Shown: piece by piece, positions 36,812-45,042 of the stretch | How the letters are laid out: the number at the start of each line of letters is the position of its first letter | How positions within the stretch are numbered: the stretch's first letter is position 1 | Virus record (IMG/VR): IMGVR_UViG_3300034158_000023 | Coordinates: 151,387-215,386 of that record | Reading direction: 5' to 3' (one strand) | Length of the DNA: 64,000 nt | Notes under the pieces: model-generated | The model's input: the letters and a program-made list of their open reading frames with translations, nothing else | What the model was told of the DNA's origin: nothing | Database searches by the model: none | Made by a program: the position numbers and the translations under genes

Positions 36812-37633
36812 ATGAGAGCCGATGTTCCAATGTTAGTAGCTGCAATTAAGGCAAAGCAGCTAACGATAGAAACTGCTAAGAAATTTTTAACCTTCCCGTT
36901 ATTTGTTATTCCAGTTGCACAGTTAAACGTAGATACGGAAACTGAGGGAGTTATATTACCGTACACTGGAGATGACCCGTGGACTAAGTTTGCACATGGG
37001 GAGAACGCTATGGACGGAGACATAGAAAATGTAGAACACCCTTTAGAAGAATACGCCATTCTAACTCGTTTCGATGCAGAGGCCCCAACTCTTGCATTTA
37101 CTGCAATTCAAGTCTTTAGTGCTCAACGTTATACTAGCACTGCCATGCTTTACTATGAAGACATTAAAGTGTTGAAAGTTGTAACGGTAGAGATGATAGA
37201 TGGTAAACCCGCAGATGGCAATAAAGAAGTTACTCTTCATTATGCCTCGTCGTATATGCTAAAGATGTGGTTAGATTACACTAGGTCTATCCGACTTACT
37301 CCAGTACTTAAAGGTGTGAAAGAAGTACCAGTAGGTAAGAAAGCTGGAGATAACTTGAAGTTAAAATCTGCACCTCATGCTTCTATCATTTTTCTAGATA
37401 GGCTACCTACTCGTAGCGAGTCAGTTAAAGATGTAGAACGTTTGTGTACCGAGTCTACTACCAAACGTGGACATCAACGCATCGCTTATCGTAAAACGTT
37501 AACAGCTGATCGTTATCGTAACCACCCTAAGTACATGGTTAAAGATGGAGTCAGGGTTAGAACTACGTGGGTAGGAGAAAGAACTTCTTCTGACCTGGAA
37601 GGTAATACATATACCGTAATGGAGTTAAAATGA
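36812..37633 (+). CDS. Hypothetical protein with C-terminal RGHxR...WVG basic motif
   Basis: 273 aa; TKRGHQRIAYRK...VRTTWVG; AAAAGGA SD. Confidence 0.7.
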   Translation: MRADVPMLVAAIKAKQLTIETAKKFLTFPLFVIPVAQLNVDTETEGVILPYTGDDPWTKFAHGENAMDGDIENVEHPLEEYAILTRFDAEAPTLAFTAIQVFSAQRYTSTAMLYYEDIKVLKVVTVEMIDGKPADGNKEVTLHYASSYMLKMWLDYTRSIRLTPVLKGVKEVPVGKKAGDNLKLKSAPHASIIFLDRLPTRSESVKDVERLCTESTTKRGHQRIAYRKTLTADRYRNHPKYMVKDGVRVRTTWVGERTSSDLEGNTYTVMELK

Positions 37634-38070
37634 ATCCTAAAATAGAATATGCCAGTGTTTTATGGAACACGTTAGATCCTAACGTGCCAGTAGAAGTAGC
37701 CAAACTAAAGTTAGAACAGGCTTTAGGTATGGGGTTTGTAATTACTGGGGTACGGGTTGATCCTAGCACTAAAAGCAACGCAGGGATTGCTATCTATAAT
37801 AATTTAATTCAAACTGCTGTGCAATTACAAAGAACCATGGGGGTTATAGATTACGGACCATTAGGGTTTCTACAATACATCGACGAATACTACGCCAAAG
37901 TTAACCCAATCTATCAACACTTTGATCCTAAATATAGGCCTGGGGAAATACCACTAAATTGGATGCCATTCAAGGATTTAGATGTAAACGAGTTTACATT
38001 AGGGGTAGTTACTGATATTTACAATCACGTATTCAACCACGACTATATCCAGGTATTGCAATTAAAATAA
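37630..38070 (+). CDS. Hypothetical protein; paralog of 38081-38515
   Basis: GGAG SD; N-terminal Y..VLW..LD..V..E.A...L..A...GF shared with the next gene. Confidence 0.65.
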   Translation: MNPKIEYASVLWNTLDPNVPVEVAKLKLEQALGMGFVITGVRVDPSTKSNAGIAIYNNLIQTAVQLQRTMGVIDYGPLGFLQYIDEYYAKVNPIYQHFDPKYRPGEIPLNWMPFKDLDVNEFTLGVVTDIYNHVFNHDYIQVLQLK

Positions 38071-38080
38071 AGGGAGTGAC

Positions 38081-38515
38081 ATGGAAAACCATATATTTTA
38101 TCTAGCAGTATTGTGGTCTAACCTAGATAAAAAAGTAAGTCGCGAATACGCCATTCATGAATTGAATAAGGCTAAAAATGCTGGATTCATTTCAGTTAAA
38201 GTACAAGTCAAAACAAAGCGAGCAAAAAACCTTACTAATTATAAGGAAGTGGTTGAGGTAATAAAGATTCTAAATGGTCCACTATTGGATCCACGTCAAC
38301 CGAAAGGTCTTACAAAGACAATGGTTATGGCGCATTATGACAAAATGGAGAAGATTGGGAAATCAACGATTGTGAAGAAACCTAGAAATCTATGGTTAGA
38401 CATAATTGGTTTACCTCTTACAAATTACACAATTAACCTAATTTCAGTTTTATCCTATTTTGGAATGTTTAACGACACCACCGATGAGTATATTGAACTG
38501 GAATTACGTATGTAG
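38081..38515 (+). CDS. Hypothetical basic protein; paralog of 37630-38070
   Basis: GGGAG SD; shared N-terminal motif. Confidence 0.65.
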   Translation: MENHIFYLAVLWSNLDKKVSREYAIHELNKAKNAGFISVKVQVKTKRAKNLTNYKEVVEVIKILNGPLLDPRQPKGLTKTMVMAHYDKMEKIGKSTIVKKPRNLWLDIIGLPLTNYTINLISVLSYFGMFNDTTDEYIELELRM

Positions 38516-38525
38516 TTAGTAAGAC

Positions 38526-38561
38526 AGCAAAAATAGGAGCTTTCGCTCCTATTTTTTTTGC
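38526..38561. terminator. Bidirectional terminator
   Basis: AGCAAAAATAGGAGC-TTTC-GCTCCTATTTTTTTTGCT between convergent genes. Confidence 0.85.
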
Positions 38562-38565
38562 TTAG

Positions 38566-41460
38566 TTAAACTGGTTCCGCTGGTACATCACCCTCGCCTT
38601 CAGCTGGTGCAGCAGGTTCTGCTTCAGCATCAGGAGCATCAGGAGTTTCAGGCTCAGCTTCCGCATCTGCGTCTACTTGAGGAATGTCTTCACCTATGTC
38701 TAAATCGAAATCTAGTTCATCGGCTGCGTCAGCTCCTCCACCTAAATCACCACCATCGCCTAAGTCATCCCCTCCTAAATCACCACCATCACCGCCATAT
38801 CCACCATCCATGTCTGCACCTTCTGGTACTACATAGCGTTTCATGATAGCTTCTAACAAACTACCTACAGTTGAAGCCATAGAGTCTAAGTGCAACTCAC
38901 TAGCTTCCAACACGTTCAACATCTTAACGTCATCACCATCACCAGCTACCAAAGCTTTTAACTCAGGCATGATGTTGTTCTGTGACAGATACTGACGTAA
39001 GAAGAACCCCTTAATCATGGTAATAATTAAAGGAGCACTTTCTCTGCCTGCATCACCGTACTTGTAAGCCAACAGTTCTTCACTCACGTAAGCAGGTAAT
39101 GTAGCATCTACCGCTTGACCGAATTGACTGTAAGCTTCCATCTGGTTAGCGATCTTAGTAGAGTCAGGAGGAGGTAGAGTAATCGATAACGTTTCTAAGA
39201 AACCGTCGATGATACTTAACTCGTTCATGGCTTTATCTACGCCATCAGTAGCAGTAAGTTGTTCTTCTTCGCGTTTAGCATTGAAGTCTAACTTAACATC
39301 CAACAACGAATATGGATCATCGCTAGCTGGAGGTTCATCTCCCATAGGAGCTGGTGCTATTGGTTCTACCGCAGGTGCTGGAACTGTACCTGGAGGAGCG
39401 TTAGGATCTACTACAGCAGGAGCAGGAGTTTCAGGGTTATCATCTAAACCACTTAACAAATCATCTGTGTCAGACAGAGATGCACTAGTAGCTGTAATAG
39501 CTTCTTCACCTTCTCTGAACTCACGAATGATTCGAATCATACCAGCCATCAGAGTACCTGAGTTAACTGTGTACTTATGTACGTGGTCTTTGATATGTCC
39601 ACTAGTAACTTCTTGTTGCATCGCGATACGTTTAGTGAACAGTAAGTTACTGTTTAGCTGTTGTACTGCGAACTCAATCGTAGCTGTAGAGTCGATCAAG
39701 TCAGGAGTTACCCCTAACGCCATACCGTGACGTTTAGCCATGTCCTCATCTAACGCCATGTCTATTGGTTGACGGTTTAAACTAACGTCATCAATAGCAA
39801 TGTTGGTTTCAGGGAACATAGGGTTACCCACTACGTTTACACTGGTGTTAGCGTTACGAATACCGTTTACTACGTCCAGTGGTCTACCACCATCGAAAGG
39901 TAATGCACCATTGTTTACACGTTGGTACTCACCCAAAACTAAGTTAACAGTTTTCTCTGGCTCGTTGTCGTCTTCGTCTAGGGTAATGGTGATGTTACGA
40001 CGAGGTACCGAGTTACTCATCTGACCCATTACGTTAGCGTATGTTAACATCGAACGAATACTAGCTAAGAACTTCGACTTCTCTAACAAACCAATACCGA
40101 TACCTAAGTTGTTATAGTCGTAAGCAAAATAGGTAACTAGTTCAGCAGGGATGTAAAGAATCTGAGTACGTTGTCCAGCACACAGACGCGCAAACATGAT
40201 GCGATAGATTTCTTCAGGACGTTGTAGCTCAACAGCATCGCCATAGACACCATTGCGTAAACGTTCTAACAAGTCCATCTCTAACATCTTAGCGTAAGAC
40301 TGACTCAATGCATCTAACGTACGATCATCGCCAGCTTGTTGGTAGATGCCCTCTTGTAAGAATCGGCTACGTTTTAACATAGCTGATGTAGCATCATCTG
40401 GTTTTTCACCAGCTTTGTTTTGTAACTGCTGATAATAATTACTATCAGTTGCGTTACTTAAAGGATACCCTAAATCATCCAGTAGCATGTAATAGCCTAG
40501 ATGGTCTTCAGGAGCACTTGGACTATGCGCTGGGATCATTGCATCAGATGGAGAGATAATCACCATAGGGTGACCTATAGGAGCTCTAGAGGCCTTACTA
40601 GAAGGCATAATGCGCATCATCTCTTTATTAGTGAGTGCTCTGTTACGATGTAAGGAGATTTCTAAATTACCAGTATCGTATAGAGACTCTAGTCCACTTC
40701 CAGCTAGACGACTTCTTAAGGCTATTTTACGTTTCTGTTCAAAGATCAACGGAATCTTCAATGCATCTAAGTTATCTGTCACGTGAACAAATGGGTCAAA
40801 TTCACTTTGAGCGGCATTAACTCTGAAGTCGTTTTTAAGCATAGATTCTATGCCACTTGACGGAACTTTGTCTACTTTTGGATCTATCCCAGGACCTAGG
40901 ATACCTTTAGACTTAGTTATAAACTTATCATCTAAGATAGCTTTAATGCTCTCAGTAGAGATAGCGCTCTTACCGTTAATCATGTCATCCACACTAGACT
41001 CTGGAATAACTACCATTGGATAGCTACCAGTTTTGAATAGTGCGTTTTCGATGGCCTTTGGTAATTTCTTTTTGATTAGATATTCATCTTCGAAATACAC
41101 TTTTAAATAATCTAAAAGTTTGCCACCTAAGTCAGGAGAGATCTTATTATAATCATAACTCCAAGTCAGCTCACCATTACGCATGTCGTTAGGACTCATA
41201 ATGGAACTAACTACAACCAACATAGTTAACTCAGTATCCGGTAGAGTAGCTAATATGTTTTCACTGTCGTTAATAGAACCAGTGATAGTACTAGATAAAG
41301 CACCTAATGAATGAGCAGCAGGACTTACGCCATCTGTCCCTTGTGTTCTTGTGTAACGACCTTCATTAGGGTCTGCCATCAGTTTAGAGATTAACGCTGT
41401 TGTTTCTGTAGTTTGTCTGAACTTAGGCAAACGTTTTGCTCGATTCTCTGCCATTATCAT
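38566..41460 (-). CDS. Portal protein (phiKZ gp129-like)
   Basis: ~964 aa; LATLPDTEL...SSIMSPNDM and YIPAELVTYFAYDYN..G.G motifs, STE/GIE/GLE propeptide sites, acidic C-terminal tail. Start moved to ATG 41460 (AGGAG SD). Confidence 0.7.
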   Translation of the reverse strand: MIMAENRAKRLPKFRQTTETTALISKLMADPNEGRYTRTQGTDGVSPAAHSLGALSSTITGSINDSENILATLPDTELTMLVVVSSIMSPNDMRNGELTWSYDYNKISPDLGGKLLDYLKVYFEDEYLIKKKLPKAIENALFKTGSYPMVVIPESSVDDMINGKSAISTESIKAILDDKFITKSKGILGPGIDPKVDKVPSSGIESMLKNDFRVNAAQSEFDPFVHVTDNLDALKIPLIFEQKRKIALRSRLAGSGLESLYDTGNLEISLHRNRALTNKEMMRIMPSSKASRAPIGHPMVIISPSDAMIPAHSPSAPEDHLGYYMLLDDLGYPLSNATDSNYYQQLQNKAGEKPDDATSAMLKRSRFLQEGIYQQAGDDRTLDALSQSYAKMLEMDLLERLRNGVYGDAVELQRPEEIYRIMFARLCAGQRTQILYIPAELVTYFAYDYNNLGIGIGLLEKSKFLASIRSMLTYANVMGQMSNSVPRRNITITLDEDDNEPEKTVNLVLGEYQRVNNGALPFDGGRPLDVVNGIRNANTSVNVVGNPMFPETNIAIDDVSLNRQPIDMALDEDMAKRHGMALGVTPDLIDSTATIEFAVQQLNSNLLFTKRIAMQQEVTSGHIKDHVHKYTVNSGTLMAGMIRIIREFREGEEAITATSASLSDTDDLLSGLDDNPETPAPAVVDPNAPPGTVPAPAVEPIAPAPMGDEPPASDDPYSLLDVKLDFNAKREEEQLTATDGVDKAMNELSIIDGFLETLSITLPPPDSTKIANQMEAYSQFGQAVDATLPAYVSEELLAYKYGDAGRESAPLIITMIKGFFLRQYLSQNNIMPELKALVAGDGDDVKMLNVLEASELHLDSMASTVGSLLEAIMKRYVVPEGADMDGGYGGDGGDLGGDDLGDGGDLGGGADAADELDFDLDIGEDIPQVDADAEAEPETPDAPDAEAEPAAPAEGEGDVPAEPV

Positions 41461-41482
41461 TTTACTCCTGTTTGGAGGACAT

Positions 41483-43705
41483 ATGTCCAATCTTAAGTAT
41501 CAGTTATATTTAGCAAGTGTTATGACTTTAGCTAAAAGTTTAATAATAAAACATAATGCCACAGCATTAGCTATGAATGCCTCACTTAAGGAAACTTCTG
41601 CGGTAACTGGAATAGTGGTTGATAACGAACGCCCAGAGACTTGGAAATATTACCTGAATATGGCTGGTATATATCATGAGACCGATGAGTTAATTATGAT
41701 CACCTCTTTAGATACAATGGAAATAATTCCGTTTACTAAAGAGAAGATGATGCAGCATCGTGGTACTGCTCGTGAGTATGCTTTTGGTAGCAAGTATTAT
41801 TTAGAGTTAGTAACTCAGTACCCTCAAATGGAAACTTTAATACGAGGCGTAATAAATCCTGTCGACATTACAACAGCATTATCTGCCCCAGACTATACCA
41901 TTCTGCATTATGATGTTAAGCAAGTAGAGAGCCAAGAGTTAGACTTAATGGCTAACTTACAAAAGTGGTTATTTGCCGCACAAGATCGGTGGTTAGTTAA
42001 AGACTACCAATACACCGATAACCTATACCATTTAGCGGTTTTAGGTAAGTTGTATTCGTTTATCCCGGTTATGATTAACGTGATACGTACTGAGTCCTTA
42101 CGTACCTATCAAGCACACACTTATTTCGTCTATAACTACTTAGACAGTAATGGGTATCTAGGGAAGTTTAAGAAAGAACTTAACTTAGAACAAGCTATGT
42201 GGTTATATCGTAACTTAGCTTGGGTTAATGCTAACGCAGGTAAGCAGGTTACGTTTGATGCGCTCTTAGATGCTATCATGACTAAACGTCAATTACCTTT
42301 AGGTAGTTATGACGTCAGACAGAACGATTCTCTAATGCCATTAGAGTTAAACCCATTCGGTGAAGCTATCCGTACTGAGTTGAACTTGTACGAAAACAAC
42401 GTAGATCGTAAAACTATTCGTAAGCTAGATTACATCTTTGAGAAAGAGTTATCAGTTGCTAAAGATAATGACTTAGTGTTGACCAGAGACTTAGCTGAAG
42501 CTAAAACTAGTTTAGCTATGACTAATCTTTCTAGACTACCTACTAAAGTGTACGAGTCAGATGTAATTGATACTACTAACTCTGAACCTTACAAGTTAGA
42601 TCAGGTGATGTTCAATCACTGGATACATTTGTCGTATGTCGGTAAGTACACATCTGTTATTAATGTGAAAAACCCGTACACTACTGAATTAATGACCATG
42701 ACTGTAAAGGATGCATTGTTAGTATGGTTGTATGTGTCGAACAAAACAATGGGGGTTACCTTAACAGAGATTCCTAGACTTAAAGCTAGAAGTGTGTTGC
42801 GCCAACCGTTACCTAGATATGCAGACCTACGACCTTTAGCGGATCCTAAATACGTAACTGATGCACAGATAGATAAGATCTTAGATAACCTAATCTCTAT
42901 AGGGTTAATCATCTCTACTGAAAGCTTTAATGAACAGATGACTCTAGTGCATGCTAACATGTTAGAACACAGACTTATGTGGGCTACCATAGATGAGCTA
43001 AGAGCTAGATATGAGATGGAAGGGTTGTTACTGCGGGTATATCAAACCGTGGCTTATGATTTTTATCCTACTGGTACTTTATACGCCGATTACTTTAGAA
43101 CTAAAGGATGGGATATAGAGCAGTTAGTGGAAACAGATTGTGAGATCCTGATGGTAGATCTATGGAACTTAGCTTTAGGTTATGATGTCTCACAAAAGGT
43201 AGCTCTCAAAGACGTACAGAAAGCTATGCTGACCATCATGAAGCAGTTAGGTACCTATGACACTCAGTATATCCAAACGATCAACGAGAACGCTTCCTAT
43301 GCGTTAGACGTACAACCTGTTCGGATAGCAACACCAAAAACTAAACTCTTTTCTAAATTAGGTAGTATCAAATACGGCATAGACCATGTTAAGTTCCAAG
43401 CTTGGTATACTGACTTCTGGGATCTTAAGAAGCATACCGTTTTAGATGCAATTAAAACGCTTGCTATCCCATTGGTTAAATTTGACGTAGAGGTACCTAA
43501 CGTGGTTAGTTCAGGTGTAACTGCACATATGACTATCCCGATATCTTTATCGAGGATTATGTTTAAGTGGCCTAATACTGGTGATGCTGGTGACCTAGTG
43601 TGGGATAATGATTTAGGTGCGTTAGTCATAGAACCGTATGAAGGTAAAGACTTAGCAGTAGTAATTGACCAAACCGATTTAGATGGTCTCCATTACGAGG
43701 AATAA
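41483..43705 (+). CDS. Virion structural protein, probably baseplate/tail (conserved phiKZ-like family)
   Basis: 740 aa; PETWKYYLNMAGIYH..D....I.SLDT.E.I.F motif; GGAGG SD; divergent from the portal gene. Confidence 0.7.
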   Translation: MSNLKYQLYLASVMTLAKSLIIKHNATALAMNASLKETSAVTGIVVDNERPETWKYYLNMAGIYHETDELIMITSLDTMEIIPFTKEKMMQHRGTAREYAFGSKYYLELVTQYPQMETLIRGVINPVDITTALSAPDYTILHYDVKQVESQELDLMANLQKWLFAAQDRWLVKDYQYTDNLYHLAVLGKLYSFIPVMINVIRTESLRTYQAHTYFVYNYLDSNGYLGKFKKELNLEQAMWLYRNLAWVNANAGKQVTFDALLDAIMTKRQLPLGSYDVRQNDSLMPLELNPFGEAIRTELNLYENNVDRKTIRKLDYIFEKELSVAKDNDLVLTRDLAEAKTSLAMTNLSRLPTKVYESDVIDTTNSEPYKLDQVMFNHWIHLSYVGKYTSVINVKNPYTTELMTMTVKDALLVWLYVSNKTMGVTLTEIPRLKARSVLRQPLPRYADLRPLADPKYVTDAQIDKILDNLISIGLIISTESFNEQMTLVHANMLEHRLMWATIDELRARYEMEGLLLRVYQTVAYDFYPTGTLYADYFRTKGWDIEQLVETDCEILMVDLWNLALGYDVSQKVALKDVQKAMLTIMKQLGTYDTQYIQTINENASYALDVQPVRIATPKTKLFSKLGSIKYGIDHVKFQAWYTDFWDLKKHTVLDAIKTLAIPLVKFDVEVPNVVSSGVTAHMTIPISLSRIMFKWPNTGDAGDLVWDNDLGALVIEPYEGKDLAVVIDQTDLDGLHYEE

Positions 43706-44490
43706 TGATGTACAAATATAACCTACCTTCTAAAACTATCATCTACCAACACATCTCTGCTAGTATGAAGAGACCTGTGACTGCTGATGATATTACGATT
43801 GTGTCTGTCTCTCCGTCTACAAACCCTAAAGGTAATACAGAGATTAGACTTAAAGCAGTAGAAGGCGGCATCTTCAGTGGTGACCGTTTATACTACTACA
43901 CCCGTGTAGATATCAATCAGATTGTTAACGCGTTATCGTTGTCTGTGCCTTACGATGAATACGTGAACAGTTATGAGGTCTTATCAGCGCTGAATGCCAA
44001 GTATGGGTTTGCTTTAGTATTCAATGAGATTGTAAAGGAAGATTACGACAACCGTAAGCGTACCTATTACGAACTTACTTTAGATCCTTCTAGCTATGTA
44101 TGGACAGGTGTATTAAAGGTATTTAAAGATCCTGCTCCTAACTCACTGGAAAGGTTGCTAGTGCAGGATAGCGTAACTGCACCTTTGGTAACTGGTTATC
44201 GAAGAGGGAAACTAACAGGAGAATTACTGTATAAACCTTATGAGTTTAACGGTATTCGAGATAGATTAGAAAAGCTAGTTCCAGGTGGTGCACAGGAACA
44301 CGTCATTCTAGATATTTTGAAAACTGTGATAGCTGACCCATGGGAGTTTAAACCAGGGGTGCCTAGTGAGTGGAACATTGCAGGATGTACTGTGGAACAT
44401 ATCAGACAAGGTGTGTATCGCATAGTGCGAATCCATTTAACTAGCTCTTGTCTATTTATAGACGGGTTTATAGAACTGAAATACGTATAA
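43705..44490 (+). CDS. Tail/baseplate-associated structural protein
   Basis: N-terminal Ig-like unit (NTEIRL.A...F.G....YY.RVDI) also seen in 61007-61510. Confidence 0.55.
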   Translation: MMYKYNLPSKTIIYQHISASMKRPVTADDITIVSVSPSTNPKGNTEIRLKAVEGGIFSGDRLYYYTRVDINQIVNALSLSVPYDEYVNSYEVLSALNAKYGFALVFNEIVKEDYDNRKRTYYELTLDPSSYVWTGVLKVFKDPAPNSLERLLVQDSVTAPLVTGYRRGKLTGELLYKPYEFNGIRDRLEKLVPGGAQEHVILDILKTVIADPWEFKPGVPSEWNIAGCTVEHIRQGVYRIVRIHLTSSCLFIDGFIELKYV

Positions 44491-44491
44491 C

Positions 44492-44520
44492 TAAGGTAGG
44501 GGTTCGCCCCTACCTTATGC
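44492..44520. terminator. Hairpin between convergent genes
   Basis: TAAGGTAGGGG-TTCG-CCCCTACCTTA, then TGC. Confidence 0.75.
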
Positions 44521-44549
44521 TGGCATTGTATGAGTTTTTAGGGACTAGG

Positions 44550-45014
44550 TTAACGTTGGCCTAGGAAATCCCACAATCTAACACCCCAGTATATAGGGTA
44601 CTTGATAGGCCCAGTACCACTAACGGTCATGGCGTTGAAAAAGATTTTATCTATCTCGGCATTAGAGATTTTGATGCGTACTCCGTCTTTGATTATCTCT
44701 TTGTGTTTACACAAGTAGTCATGGACTATCGCAGCGTTTCCGTATATGCCCCATGGTGGTATTAGCCCCCAGAATATACGAGGTACAGTTGCGCCATCAG
44801 ATAAGAACCCTTTTGGTACATATACAAAAGAGCACTTAGTAGCTTCATCTAAATAAAAATAGAAGGGTAGGTCTACACACCACAAATCCTTTTTATTTTT
44901 TTGACTAGCTGCTGCATCGTAACTTACTGAAACTCTGCCATCAAACTGGGTAAATTTATTTGGTTGCTCTAGTCCTAGAGTTGCCATCGTTTTTAACAAA
45001 GCGTGCCGATTCAT
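44550..45014 (-). CDS. DUF1353-family protein
   Basis: VPKGFLSDGATVPRIFW..IPP.G.Y..AAIVHDYL signature. Confidence 0.8.
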   Translation of the reverse strand: MNRHALLKTMATLGLEQPNKFTQFDGRVSVSYDAAASQKNKKDLWCVDLPFYFYLDEATKCSFVYVPKGFLSDGATVPRIFWGLIPPWGIYGNAAIVHDYLCKHKEIIKDGVRIKISNAEIDKIFFNAMTVSGTGPIKYPIYWGVRLWDFLGQR

Positions 45015-45042
45015 ATGGTACCTTTATAGAAGTGAGTATAAA

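Noticed and set aside
41461-41490. Portal start at 41490 overlapping the divergent gene
   Set aside because: ATG at 41460 has an AGGAG SD; the upstream TTG has none and overlaps the opposite gene
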